Part shown: piece by piece, positions 20,258 to 30,017 of the stretch
Layout of the letters: each line of letters opens with the position of its first letter
Numbering within the stretch: position 1 is the first letter of the stretch
Program-made: the position numbers and the translations under genes
Source: a virus
IMG/VR virus record: IMGVR_UViG_3300042691_038651
Span: 36,843 to 100,842 of that record
Reading direction: 5' to 3' (one strand)
DNA length: 64,000 nt
The notes under the pieces: model-generated
Databases searched by the model: none
Seen by the model: the letters and a program-made list of their open reading frames with translations, nothing else
What the model was told of the DNA's origin: nothing

Positions 20258-21802
20258 ATGTCTAAACTAAGAAATAGAATTGAAGCTCTACAAGCAAGCG
20301 CCACTTCAGCAGCGGTTCTTGAAGCCTGTAACGAAGCAATTCTTCGTATTGAGCCAAACAAATCTACGGAAGGCGAGATTTTGGAAAGCCTTTTGGAAAA
20401 TCTTTCAAAAGTAGATGACGAGGTAGCAAAGCAGTTTGTCTCCATGAATGTGGTAGAAAAACGAGTTCAGGCTCTCAATGATCTAGGAGTAAAGAAATCT
20501 TTCTCTACAATTGCTGAGTCGGAAATTGCAAAGCACCCTGCGTTTTCATACATGTTTGAAAAACTACAGGCAAGCGCCAATTCACCTGAATGGATGGTAA
20601 TTGAAAGCGTAATTGCAGCACTCTCTCCTTTTAACTGGGATTCAACTGTTAATGAGTGTTTGAAAAATCTTACTGCAAATGCAGATAAGTACAGAGAGGA
20701 AATCTCTATCTACAAAATTGTTGAAAACCTAAAGAATTCTACTTCTAACTACTTATTGCCAGGAGTTTCTACATTGTTAGAAAACTACCTTGATACACGC
20801 AGCGCAGCTGACCGTGTTAAATTGATGGAGAAGACTTCACAGTATATTTTCGATCCGCATATGAAAAATCTTTACAACTTCCTTGGAGAAGCTGAAAGAA
20901 CTTTCCACATTGCAACAATCGACAACAGCTGTTCTATTAACCGTGTTTACTCTCCTGTATTTTTAGGAGAAGGCTTCGAACTATTCGCAGCCGGTGGTAA
21001 AATCTATAGAAAAGAAGGTGAGGTTATCACCGTAGCAAATGAAGAAGAAATCAATTCTCTTCCTGCTAATTTCTTGGCTGTATCATCTGTTCTTGGAAAA
21101 GAAAACGTGGTAGTTGCTGAAGGGTCTGTAAAAATCTACTCTGGAGACAAGAAAGTAGAAATCAGCGAATCAGAAGTAAAGATCAACGGAAAAGTCGTTG
21201 ATACTGCTGATATTCACAAGGTGTACTTGAACGCAGGCGTTTTCAAAATGACTGAGCGCGAGAACATCAACCACATCTATACAATCAAAGAAAACTGGGA
21301 CAGCCTTTGCGAAATGGACTTTGCAAAAGTAATCACATCAAAAGCTGAGCCGCATAAAACCATGACCGTATTCTTCATCGGCGAAAACATTTTCTTAAAC
21401 AAGACAAATCGCTTAATGAATGAAAACGTATTCTACGCTGATTGCAACGCAACTCAGACCAAGAACCTGGTTATGGAATACATGAAATTCGACATCTCTT
21501 CTACATTCTCTTCGCTTCTTACCGAAGAGACAAAAGTAATCAAAGAATCTAACGCTTTGAAAGCAGAAATGATGACTGCAATCTCTCACCTAAACGAACA
21601 AAAAGCTAAATTGGAAACTCTTCCTAAAGAGATTTCTGAGAATGCTGAAGTTAAAGATTTGATTGCTGCTATTGATGAAGAGATTAACTTCCTCAAATCT
21701 GAGTATTCAAAAGTCGACAGCGCCGAGCGTTCAACTACCAAGGTAGATGAAGGTATGGGATTCAACGTTGGAGATGAAGCGGAACTTGGAAAAAAAAAGT
21801 GA
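20258..21802 (+). CDS. Putative prohead core/internal protein, ending at a slippery site
   Basis: Many I/L-x-E-S/N motifs (ILES, LLEN, IAES, VIES); late promoter; ends GGA AAA AAA AAG TGA. Confidence 0.55.
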   Translation: MSKLRNRIEALQASATSAAVLEACNEAILRIEPNKSTEGEILESLLENLSKVDDEVAKQFVSMNVVEKRVQALNDLGVKKSFSTIAESEIAKHPAFSYMFEKLQASANSPEWMVIESVIAALSPFNWDSTVNECLKNLTANADKYREEISIYKIVENLKNSTSNYLLPGVSTLLENYLDTRSAADRVKLMEKTSQYIFDPHMKNLYNFLGEAERTFHIATIDNSCSINRVYSPVFLGEGFELFAAGGKIYRKEGEVITVANEEEINSLPANFLAVSSVLGKENVVVAEGSVKIYSGDKKVEISESEVKINGKVVDTADIHKVYLNAGVFKMTERENINHIYTIKENWDSLCEMDFAKVITSKAEPHKTMTVFFIGENIFLNKTNRLMNENVFYADCNATQTKNLVMEYMKFDISSTFSSLLTEETKVIKESNALKAEMMTAISHLNEQKAKLETLPKEISENAEVKDLIAAIDEEINFLKSEYSKVDSAERSTTKVDEGMGFNVGDEAELGKKK

Positions 21803-21826
21803 GCGTAACTGCGGTTGATTCCGCAG
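21790..21826 (+). other. Putative programmed -1 frameshift/slippage signal
   Basis: A9 run with A-AAA-AAG before the stop, followed 9 nt later by hairpin CTGCGG-TTGATT-CCGCAG. Confidence 0.7.
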
Positions 21827-22428
21827 GCAAGACAATCACTGTCGTAGACGAGGAAGGTAACACTTCTAAAGTTTCTCCTACTGAACTTAAGGCAACGGAC
21901 AAAAAACACCGTGCCAAACCTGGTAACCCTGTTGAGATCAACTCACAGGGTGACGGTGCTACTGTGGCCATTAAGGAAGAAAAGGAGGAAGGCTACGTCA
22001 ATGCCCAAATAGAGGTTGAAGTGCAAGGCGTTCCTGCCGGTACTACAGTACAAATCAAAGCTCTTGACTTTACATCCAAGGCCGACAACGACAATATCGA
22101 CATCATTCTTCCAAACAAGAAACTTGCTCAAGTAAAGAAGAAAGATGTGAAACTTTTTGAAGCTGGTGTATACAATTCTGAAACGGATATTAAAAACAAT
22201 CCAAAAACAAAAGAAAACCAACCAGATGAAGTAACCGGTAAAATTGACACAGTGTTGGACGGCGTGGAAAATCTGCTAGCAGAACTTACCGAACTTAAAA
22301 ACGTTGTAGACAACAACACCAAATTTTCATCAGAGACACTAGAAAAATGCATAGCAGAACTAAACACTTACAAGAAGAGTCTATCGGAGGAGAAAACTCT
22401 GTCGAACTCGGCGACGGTGGAAGCGTAA
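21799..22428 (+). CDS. -1 frame extension of the upstream protein (SH3-like modules plus coiled coil)
   Basis: GTG start overlaps the stop; the fusion reads FNVGDEAELGKKK-VSVTAVDSAGKTITVVDEEG. Confidence 0.65.
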   Translation: MSVTAVDSAGKTITVVDEEGNTSKVSPTELKATDKKHRAKPGNPVEINSQGDGATVAIKEEKEEGYVNAQIEVEVQGVPAGTTVQIKALDFTSKADNDNIDIILPNKKLAQVKKKDVKLFEAGVYNSETDIKNNPKTKENQPDEVTGKIDTVLDGVENLLAELTELKNVVDNNTKFSSETLEKCIAELNTYKKSLSEEKTLSNSATVEA

Positions 22429-22790
22429 AGAAAAAGAAGACTCCGGTCAACTACTACGTAGATCCCAAAGAACTTAGAGAAGAGCTGGTCAAATCCAAAG
22501 AATTAAACGAGCTAACTCCACGTGCCATAAAGATATTCCAAACTATGGCAAACGAGGCTTCTAAAAAATTGCGTTATCGCGATGAGGAAGATCGAAAAGA
22601 TTGCATAGCTTTTGCAATGATGGATGTTGTCCGTTATTGGCGTAGCTACAATCCTGAAAAATCCAACAACCCTTTTGCCTATTTTACCCAGATGATTAAG
22701 AATGGGTTTGCTAAAGGATGGAGAAAATTGCATCCACTATCTGCAGGCGAAAAGGTCTCATTGAGTCACGATAACGTCTACACGATCTGA
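22347..22790 (+). CDS. Late sigma factor (gp55-like)
   Basis: YYVDPKEL, DCIAFAMMD..RYW..YNPEKSNNPFAYFTQ. Confidence 0.85.
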   Translation: MHSRTKHLQEESIGGENSVELGDGGSVKKKKTPVNYYVDPKELREELVKSKELNELTPRAIKIFQTMANEASKKLRYRDEEDRKDCIAFAMMDVVRYWRSYNPEKSNNPFAYFTQMIKNGFAKGWRKLHPLSAGEKVSLSHDNVYTI

Positions 22791-23287
22791 TGCAAAAGAC
22801 CAACAAAACAAATCCACCTCACAAGAGGAGCAGATTTAGGCAAGGCTACTATGTGCCATCCAATCCGGAGAAGTACATTGGTGATCCTTCCAAAATCATC
22901 TATCGCTCTTCTTGGGAGTTTAGGTTTTGCAAGTATTGCGATACCACTCCGGAAATTCTTTGTTGGTCCTCTGAGCCAGTTGGTATTCCCTATCTAAGTC
23001 CTATTGACCAGAAGCAGCACACATATTTTGTAGACTTCTATATGAAGCTTCAAAAACCTGATGAGGTACTAGAATACCTGGTAGAAATCAAACCTTCAAA
23101 AGCTCTCAAAGCACCGGTAATGAAGGAAGGCCTTACCACTGTTAAGCGTTTGAAAGAATACAATCAACAGGCAACAGATTGGTTAGTCAACCGTGCCAAG
23201 TTTCAGGCAGCACAAGAATTTGCTCGTATCAATCACAAGCACTTTATCATTGTAACCGAGGAGTTCTTATTCAAAAGAGTTAGATAG
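22790..23287 (+). CDS. Head completion nuclease (gp4/TnsA-like)
   Basis: P.NPEKYIGD, YRSSWE, WSSEP..IPY, YFVDF, VEIKP. Confidence 0.88.
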   Translation: MQKTNKTNPPHKRSRFRQGYYVPSNPEKYIGDPSKIIYRSSWEFRFCKYCDTTPEILCWSSEPVGIPYLSPIDQKQHTYFVDFYMKLQKPDEVLEYLVEIKPSKALKAPVMKEGLTTVKRLKEYNQQATDWLVNRAKFQAAQEFARINHKHFIIVTEEFLFKRVR

Positions 23288-23289
23288 TT

Positions 23290-24021
23290 ATGGAAAGTCC
23301 AGCAAAACAATATCAAGAAAATATGAAGTCGCGTCCTCAAATAAAAAAGGAGGCGTACCCATACTTTATGGATAAGTACATCAAAGATCCGTACAATACA
23401 TCCAACGATAGTCTATTTAGCACTTCTGAAAGAATTTCTGCAAAAACTCTTAGGCAGTTTGTACCTGGAAAAATCTACACATTTAGATATGATCCAATAC
23501 ACAAAGACATATTGGCGTACTATGATAAGCAGCCAATCATTTTGGTGTGTGGTCAGTGGGTTGCGGAGTCTACTGGAAATCAAATTGTGACTGGGATCAA
23601 CCTCAACTTCTTACCTGAGGTTGAAAGAGTAAATACTCTGGAATACTACTATCAATCTGTAAAGTCTGACCTTGATAAAGCATATAATGAAACTGAGAAG
23701 AAAAGTCAAGTGTCTTTTATTAAGCGGGCTCTGATAGTTTTACAAGACTTGGTACAAATCTTTAATGTATTTGGAAAGGCTGGAAAGATTGGTTACCAGT
23801 ATGCCATGCGAAATTACATCATTGGAGGAAATATGCAAAAAGTTTCTCTTGTAGAATATGATGATTGGCAATACATACCTTTTATCCAAACCAAAGACAT
23901 TGTGGGAGCAAGCCTTGGAGAAATACACAAAGCATATAACGATAGCAAAAACCAACTTCTAAGAAAACAGCCACCAATGATGATGTCGGCTGAGAAGAAA
24001 AGGAAGTACAACAACAGATAA
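23290..24021 (+). CDS. DNA end protector-like protein (gp2-like)
   Basis: PGKIYTFRYDP.HK..L.YYD..P, GINLNFLP. Confidence 0.7.
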   Translation: MESPAKQYQENMKSRPQIKKEAYPYFMDKYIKDPYNTSNDSLFSTSERISAKTLRQFVPGKIYTFRYDPIHKDILAYYDKQPIILVCGQWVAESTGNQIVTGINLNFLPEVERVNTLEYYYQSVKSDLDKAYNETEKKSQVSFIKRALIVLQDLVQIFNVFGKAGKIGYQYAMRNYIIGGNMQKVSLVEYDDWQYIPFIQTKDIVGASLGEIHKAYNDSKNQLLRKQPPMMMSAEKKRKYNNR

Positions 24022-24044
24022 ATAATCAAACAAAAGATAAAGAC

Positions 24045-25649
24045 ATGGCAGGTTTTATTGATAGAGTAGGAGCAAATCCCATATTCGGCCAGATATCTAA
24101 GAGTCTAAAAACTCTGTCTTCGCTTGGAATGAAGTATGAAGACATGGTAGTAAAACAATCTCGTGCTGTCGGTGTTACCGAGGCAGAGTTTGGATTGCAA
24201 GGATATCTACCCGAGGAGTTTCTCTACTCCTTAGCACTCACCGACGTAGGTCATAAGAAGTTTATTGCTTATTTTGACAAGGACTACAAATCACGCAGGG
24301 ACTACCTTCGTAAATTTGCAATGAACCCAGAAATTGAGTTCATTCTTGATACCGTTGCTGATGAGGCGGTTGTTTATGATGATAACAACTACTTTGCAGA
24401 AATTGATACAACTCTTCTTAAAGGCATCCTTGATCCTGAGAATGCAAAAGATGTAGTAGACGAGATCAATACAACATTCAAAAAAGTATACGCGCACTTC
24501 CACTTTAACGAAGGCCATGACGGCTGGGCATATTTCCGACAAATGCTTATTGACGGATTTCTTGCCTTTGAAATCATTTATGATCCAGCTGGAAAGAATG
24601 TAATCGGTTTCAAAGAACTAGATGCTACATCACTTCGACCTGGCGTTGAAAAGAGCGGCGACGGTGTCTACAGAAAAATCTGGGTACAGTACGAAGATAT
24701 ACCTGCTATGAAACGCGTACTGCTCGATTCACAAATCATTTACATCTCATACGCTAAAGGAAACTTTACAGGCCGTATCTCATACGCGGAACGCTTGGTT
24801 CGTTCATTCAACCTATTGCGTATTATGGAGAACAGCCGTGTAATTTGGAACATTATGAACTCAAGCTTCCGCTTGAAAATGGTGGTTCCAATTGGTACAA
24901 AATCTCCGCAAAAAGCCAAGGAAAGTTTAGCAGAAATGATGGCCATCTATAAAGAGGACATTAACTTGAACTACGACTCCGGTGAACTTTCTGTAAACGG
25001 TAAGCCTGCAATGCAGTTCTACAAAAACTACCTCTTCCCTTCTAAAAACGGTGAACAACCTGAAATCGAAACAATCGGAGGAGATGGATATGACCTAAGC
25101 GATACCGAGGCGCTAAAATACTTTGAGGATAAGCTGAAAACTGACTCAAAAATTCCATTTAGCAGATTTGACCGCACACAGGACGGTGGATCTTTCAGTA
25201 TCAATGCCGATGGAATGACCCGCGACGAAATACGCTTTAATCGCTTTATTGTTCGTCTGCGCTCAATCTTCCAGGAAATACTTATTAAGCCTGTTTACAT
25301 TCAGGTAGGACTTAATCACCCTGACCTTGCCGAGGATGAATTGTTCAAATCCGCTCTTGCACTCAAGTACAGATCTGACAATTTGTTCGAAGAGATCAAG
25401 GAAATGGATGTAATGGAAAAGCGTTCAAACTTCATTACCACAATGATGGGTATTATGGAAAAGCAACCGGATTCTTCAGGTATGCTACAGGACGTACCTT
25501 ACTTCGATCCAAAGTTCTTGATAGAAAAGTATCTTGGTTTGACCAACACAGATATTGCACGCAACGAGGCATACAAGGAGGAACAGAAGATCAAAAACGA
25601 CGCCGCAATGAAAGCCGCACAGGCATCAGGTGGAGGCATGGGCTTCTAA
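24045..25649 (+). CDS. Portal protein (gp20-like)
   Basis: PEIEFILD..ADEA, FRQ..IDG, RIME.S.VIW, L...SKIPFSR, TRDEIRF.RFI.RLR. Confidence 0.92.
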   Translation: MAGFIDRVGANPIFGQISKSLKTLSSLGMKYEDMVVKQSRAVGVTEAEFGLQGYLPEEFLYSLALTDVGHKKFIAYFDKDYKSRRDYLRKFAMNPEIEFILDTVADEAVVYDDNNYFAEIDTTLLKGILDPENAKDVVDEINTTFKKVYAHFHFNEGHDGWAYFRQMLIDGFLAFEIIYDPAGKNVIGFKELDATSLRPGVEKSGDGVYRKIWVQYEDIPAMKRVLLDSQIIYISYAKGNFTGRISYAERLVRSFNLLRIMENSRVIWNIMNSSFRLKMVVPIGTKSPQKAKESLAEMMAIYKEDINLNYDSGELSVNGKPAMQFYKNYLFPSKNGEQPEIETIGGDGYDLSDTEALKYFEDKLKTDSKIPFSRFDRTQDGGSFSINADGMTRDEIRFNRFIVRLRSIFQEILIKPVYIQVGLNHPDLAEDELFKSALALKYRSDNLFEEIKEMDVMEKRSNFITTMMGIMEKQPDSSGMLQDVPYFDPKFLIEKYLGLTNTDIARNEAYKEEQKIKNDAAMKAAQASGGGMGF

Positions 25650-25659
25650 AACTCTCCGA

Positions 25660-26103
25660 ATGGATCACACAGCTAAAGACGAAAATTTACAACCACTCTT
25701 TCCAGGACTGCTCCCCTATGGCCACACCATAGGGGCTCCTGCTTTTAGACCTAATGAAATGGGTGTGATACTCGGCAAATCTGTCGAGGCAATGAATGAG
25801 CAGGTGGAAATGCAAAAGGCACAGATACTTCAACAGGTAGAGTTGTTGAAAAAGCAATACATGGAATTGGAAGAACGTCGAGCAATATCCTTACTTATCT
25901 ACCAGGCAGATTTTAAGTTTAAGCCTGTTACTGGTCATACATACCACCTCTATCTAAGAGATGACCATACTCTTTTCCTATCACTTATAGAACCAGGATC
26001 CTGGAACCAAACACACGTTGCAACCGTAAAACACCTAGCAGATATGACCTGGTCAGTGATAGAAAAATCCTCGGCTTTTGAGGATATATATGCTAGAAAA
26101 TAA
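25660..26103 (+). CDS. DUF2452-like protein
   Basis: LLPYG..IGAPAF, A.FKF.P..G..Y.LY, LS.I.P..W. Confidence 0.7.
   Translation: MDHTAKDENLQPLFPGLLPYGHTIGAPAFRPNEMGVILGKSVEAMNEQVEMQKAQILQQVELLKKQYMELEERRAISLLIYQADFKFKPVTGHTYHLYLRDDHTLFLSLIEPGSWNQTHVATVKHLADMTWSVIEKSSAFEDIYARK
26083..26091 (+). promoter_or_regulatory. Class 3 (late) promoter variant
   Basis: GATATATAT upstream of the fibre gene. Confidence 0.5.
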
Positions 26104-26114
26104 GTTCATGAGGA

Positions 26115-27419
26115 ATGCCACTAATTACGAGAGAATACGGTCCTAACGCCAAAGGTAAAAAGCTCACCATTAAAGAGATGGATGACAACCTTCTCTACTT
26201 GGAATCGATTGCTACATCAGGAACTGCTGGAACCGGCGGAACTGCAGGTACATCAGGAACTTCAGGAAGCAGCGGAACATCTGGAGCTACAGGAGCTAGC
26301 GGCTCAAGTGGAACTTCAGGAAGCAGCGGAACATCTGGAGCTACAGGAGCTAGCGGCTCAAGTGGAACTTCAGGAAGCAGCGGAACCTCAGGTTCTTCAG
26401 GTACAAGTGGCATTTCTATCGGAGGAGCTCTCGGCTACTATGGAGTTTTCTATGGAGCATCAACGCAACCTATTGTTACGGCGTCTACGCCACAAAAAGT
26501 CTCCTTCACAAACACTGACCAGGCAACGGGCATCTCAATCAACGGTAGTAATCAGATTGTAATAGCAAATCCTGGCACATATCATATGTCAGTCACGGTC
26601 TTGGTAGCAAATGGTAACAATTCCTTAGAGGATGTTGAATTATGGCTAGCGTTTAATGGAAGCCCGTATCCTAATTCTAGGCATCACTTAACGGTCCCTT
26701 CACAGAAAACTCCAAGTCTTCCTTCTGAGACCGTTGTAAACTTTGAATTTATTGGAACATCTGTAAATCCCGGAGACTATGTAGAAATCTATTGGCAGGC
26801 TTCTAATACAAACATTTCACTTATTGCAGAACCCGCAGCGGGTGGTTTGCCTGCATCTAACGCGGTCAGCGTGGACATTGCACAAGTAATGAATACTCAA
26901 TCCGGTACCAACGGAACTTCCGGAAGCAGCGGAACCAGTGGCGGCCAATCTACTATCAAGGCAGGTGGTTGGTCATGGACTACAAACTATGCAAATCTTA
27001 CAAATGGCGTTGAAAACTACTTACCTTTTGATACAGAGATTTTCAATAATGATAGCGCTGTTTATGAGCTTATTAACTCTGGTTCTGGTGGTAGCACCGG
27101 TGCACGAATACACATTAAGCAATCTGGATATTATGAAATAACCTCTCAAATGCACTTTTACGATTTGTATAACAACAATGACGTAACAGTCAGCCTAAAT
27201 AGCGCGGCCACTTCAAGTGGAGCAATGTCCCAGGTAACTCTTATCAATGACTGCAAATTTGCCGAACTCACCGCTGACCAACAGCTCAATGGAACCGTGG
27301 TCTTTAACGTTGCTTCTCCAGGATACTACACGGTGTCAGTTAACCCTTCTGCAAATTCGCCGTATCCATCATTTACAGGAAGTGCTCCTCCAAGATTCTG
27401 GCTAAAGAAACTTTCTTAA
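26115..27419 (+). CDS. Fibre/decoration protein with Gly-X-Y (S/T) repeats and two C1q/TNF-like domains
   Basis: KG..LT..EMDDN anchor, GTSGSS repeats, I...G.Y beta domains. Confidence 0.65.
   Translation: MPLITREYGPNAKGKKLTIKEMDDNLLYLESIATSGTAGTGGTAGTSGTSGSSGTSGATGASGSSGTSGSSGTSGATGASGSSGTSGSSGTSGSSGTSGISIGGALGYYGVFYGASTQPIVTASTPQKVSFTNTDQATGISINGSNQIVIANPGTYHMSVTVLVANGNNSLEDVELWLAFNGSPYPNSRHHLTVPSQKTPSLPSETVVNFEFIGTSVNPGDYVEIYWQASNTNISLIAEPAAGGLPASNAVSVDIAQVMNTQSGTNGTSGSSGTSGGQSTIKAGGWSWTTNYANLTNGVENYLPFDTEIFNNDSAVYELINSGSGGSTGARIHIKQSGYYEITSQMHFYDLYNNNDVTVSLNSAATSSGAMSQVTLINDCKFAELTADQQLNGTVVFNVASPGYYTVSVNPSANSPYPSFTGSAPPRFWLKKLS
26256..26386 (+). repeat. Perfect 54 bp tandem repeat, about 2.4 copies
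   Basis: Unit ggaacttcaggaagcagc...ggctcaagt at 26256 and 26310, partial at 26364. Confidence 0.95.
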
Positions 27420-27422
27420 AAA

Positions 27423-27484
27423 TTGTTAATAACTTTTAACCCAAAGATTTTTTTCTTTGGGTTTTTTGTATTATTTTTATACTA
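27423..27484 (+). promoter_or_regulatory. Class 1 element, copy 2
   Basis: TTGTTAATAACTTT, ACCCAAAGA-T6-TCTTTGGGT, TTTTATACTA. Confidence 0.8.
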
Positions 27485-27498
27485 ACAAATTAAATTAA

Positions 27499-27783
27499 AT
27501 GGACACACCTAGATTTAACCGTCACGAACAAATGGATTCCGCAACACGCAGCAGAATCCTAGATCTTATCTCTGATTTGTCAATCATAGAGAACTGTAAC
27601 CCAAACAGCGTAATCAATATGTTGTATGGCGCATTCGATGGATATGACTACTCAGATCTAATCCTTGCTGACCGTCTTCTTACTCAACTCGAAAATGGCG
27701 GTAATGGACACATAACGAAAGAGATCACTGACATTGCTTACATCATTAAGGCCTACGAAAAAACAGTATATGAAACAATCTAA
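27499..27783 (+). CDS. Hypothetical early protein
   Basis: Directly after a class 1 element. Confidence 0.65.
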   Translation: MDTPRFNRHEQMDSATRSRILDLISDLSIIENCNPNSVINMLYGAFDGYDYSDLILADRLLTQLENGGNGHITKEITDIAYIIKAYEKTVYETI

Positions 27784-28339
27784 ATTTGCACTTCCACCCA
27801 CGCCGTTCAAGGAACGAGCTGCTAACTTTGCTCAATCCATGCTCTTTTGGAAGAGCCGCAAAAAGGGAATGATACAGACCCGGAGCATTACATGGGATGA
27901 CATTCGCTTCATCTTCTTTCCAAAGAATGAAAATGAAAAGTATGAGTACTTGGGTTACATCTATGTAACTCAGTATCCAGGCAATGCAAACGGAAAGGAG
28001 AGTATTTACTACAAGCCTATCATGGACATCGTACGCGCAATGGACCGCAAGGCTCGTCCTTGGTGGTGCCCGCGCTTCTTTTTGCGATTCCTGGAAGTCT
28101 TTGGTAATGACCGATCAATCGTTCGGGTGCGTAATTTTGCACTTCACAATTTGCACAGGAAACTCTTAAAAGGCTACCGATTTGTTGACTGGAAAACCAA
28201 ATGGAGCTGGTACGACTTGAGAATCTCTGTTCATGCCTGCAACGAAATCTGGGAACTTGTGGAATGGACTGAGGATGTTTTTTACCAGCAAGGTCTTGAA
28301 CAAGAGAAAAAAGATCATCCTGAACTATTTGAAGACTAA
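27770..28339 (+). CDS. Hypothetical Trp-rich protein
   Basis: Likely ATG 27770; coupled ORF. Confidence 0.65.
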   Translation: MKQSKFALPPTPFKERAANFAQSMLFWKSRKKGMIQTRSITWDDIRFIFFPKNENEKYEYLGYIYVTQYPGNANGKESIYYKPIMDIVRAMDRKARPWWCPRFFLRFLEVFGNDRSIVRVRNFALHNLHRKLLKGYRFVDWKTKWSWYDLRISVHACNEIWELVEWTEDVFYQQGLEQEKKDHPELFED

Positions 28340-28803
28340 TGGAAAACTACTCTTGGAAAAAGGGGATTGACTACGAGGCCAATCCCTTTTTGTATGAAAT
28401 AGGAAAAGGCCAACAAGGTGTTCTTATCTGCGAACCTTACAAATCCAGGCTGCATCCAATCTGGAGGTTCAAAACTCCAGCTGAGGCTGATACATCTCGT
28501 CGAGCTATCTACAGCGAGTTTCTGCATTACCTCAGCAAAGGAGATTTTGTAGGTGCTGATATGTGTAAGAAGTATTTGCACATGGGTTTCACAAGGGCTC
28601 GCCGATATGCCAATCATAGGAGTGGAAAGAAGTATGCAGCTGATGGCAGCATACTGCCGCAAGAAACTGACTGGGCAACTAACCAAAAGGCTGAATCTGC
28701 CAAGCTCTTCTATGAATACTGGTTAGCAGCACGGACACATGATACATATCTGGAACTAAAGAAAGAATTTACGCACAAAAAACAAATGAATGGAAAAGAC
28801 TAA
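28339..28803 (+). CDS. DUF4385-like protein
   Basis: Y.IGKGQQGVL.CEPYKS, WRFKTP, DFVGADM.KKYL.MGFTRARRYANH. Confidence 0.8.
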   Translation: MENYSWKKGIDYEANPFLYEIGKGQQGVLICEPYKSRLHPIWRFKTPAEADTSRRAIYSEFLHYLSKGDFVGADMCKKYLHMGFTRARRYANHRSGKKYAADGSILPQETDWATNQKAESAKLFYEYWLAARTHDTYLELKKEFTHKKQMNGKD

Positions 28804-29017
28804 GAAAGAAGAAGCCATGTACTGTCATTACAGCGACTTACCATCACCAATGGCATACGTAAAACAATGCGCTGACTATGATAGCATGGGAAATCACGGA
28901 AGGTTCCCAAGAAAAAAAGAGGAAAAGAAGAACATGAAGAGGCTGATACAAAAAATCCTATTCTGGTTTGAAATGAAAAAACCAGCAAAAAAGAAGAAAA
29001 CAATTTGGGATCTCTAG
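28790..29017 (+). CDS. Small basic hypothetical protein
   Basis: CHYSDLPSP.AY motif; coupled ORF. Confidence 0.55.
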   Translation: MEKTKKEEAMYCHYSDLPSPMAYVKQCADYDSMGNHGRFPRKKEEKKNMKRLIQKILFWFEMKKPAKKKKTIWDL

Positions 29018-29044
29018 AAAACTAAGTATACTCCCTGAATATAA
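29017..29044 (+). promoter_or_regulatory. Class 2 promoter
   Basis: GAAAAC-N16-ATATAA. Confidence 0.7.
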
Positions 29045-29066
29045 ATACCATACAAATCAATACACG

Positions 29067-30017
29067 ATGATTCAAGAACTCTTCACTGAAAAGTACCGTC
29101 CACAAAGCTTGGACCAGACCATCCTGCCATCACGTATACGAAAAGCGATTGGCGATGGAAAGCTTCACCAAAACTATTTGTTCTATGGACCTCCAGGTTT
29201 AGGCAAAACTACCCTGGCAAAAGTCTTGGCCAAGAACTATCCCACGCTATACATCAACGTATCTGACGAAAGCTCTGTAGATGTAATTCGCGAAAAGATC
29301 ACTAACTGGTGTTCAACTATCAGTTTGCTTGATGGCGCTGAACAATTCAAGGTAGTATTGCTCGACGAGATGGACGGCGCTTCTGACCAATTCTACAAAG
29401 CTCTCCGTGCAACCATTGAAAAGTTTGCATCCACTGCTCGTTTTATTGGAACCTGCAACTATATCAACAAGGTACCGGATCCAGTACAATCGCGGTTTAC
29501 CTGCATCAACTTCGACACCATTTCCAAAGAGGAAGAAAAAGAGGTAATGCTGGAATTTGCAAAACGCGCATACGCAATCTTTCAAAAATCCGGTATTAGC
29601 ATTTCCAAGGAAGCACTCGGCGAATTTGTAAAACGCAACTTTCCGGATATGCGTTCCATCGTCAATAAGATTCAAACTTTTGTGGTTCAAGGCGTAACCA
29701 CCATCGAGGCAGAAGACGTTAAGAAATTGAACTACTCTTTCCGTGATGTATTTGAATTGGTTACCAAGTCTGCTGATGCATACGAGAACTATAAGTTCTT
29801 AATGACCAACTATAGCAGCAAGGTAGATGAAGTATTACAGGCTCTTGGATCTGAGTTGCCTGAGTACATACGGGACAACCATCCAACAAAGGTTACAAAA
29901 ATCCCACAGATCCTCATAACCGTGGCAAATCACCAAGCACAGCGCGTTCACGTCATTGACCCATGCGTAACTATGCTGTCTGCGGTATTCAGTTGCCAAA
30001 TGATACTGAACTCCTAA
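29067..30017 (+). CDS. Clamp loader ATPase subunit (gp44/RFC-like)
   Basis: EKYRP, GPPGLGKTT, LLDEMD, TCNY, QSRF, PDMR. Confidence 0.93.
   Translation: MIQELFTEKYRPQSLDQTILPSRIRKAIGDGKLHQNYLFYGPPGLGKTTLAKVLAKNYPTLYINVSDESSVDVIREKITNWCSTISLLDGAEQFKVVLLDEMDGASDQFYKALRATIEKFASTARFIGTCNYINKVPDPVQSRFTCINFDTISKEEEKEVMLEFAKRAYAIFQKSGISISKEALGEFVKRNFPDMRSIVNKIQTFVVQGVTTIEAEDVKKLNYSFRDVFELVTKSADAYENYKFLMTNYSSKVDEVLQALGSELPEYIRDNHPTKVTKIPQILITVANHQAQRVHVIDPCVTMLSAVFSCQMILNS

Noticed and set aside
22790-23287. TnsA-like nuclease as a Tn7 element
   Set aside because: Context (gp55, gp2, portal) and motifs match the T4 gp4 head completion protein
26182-26562. Alternative-frame ORFs over the Gly-X-Y repeat
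   Set aside because: Artefact of stop-free repetitive codons
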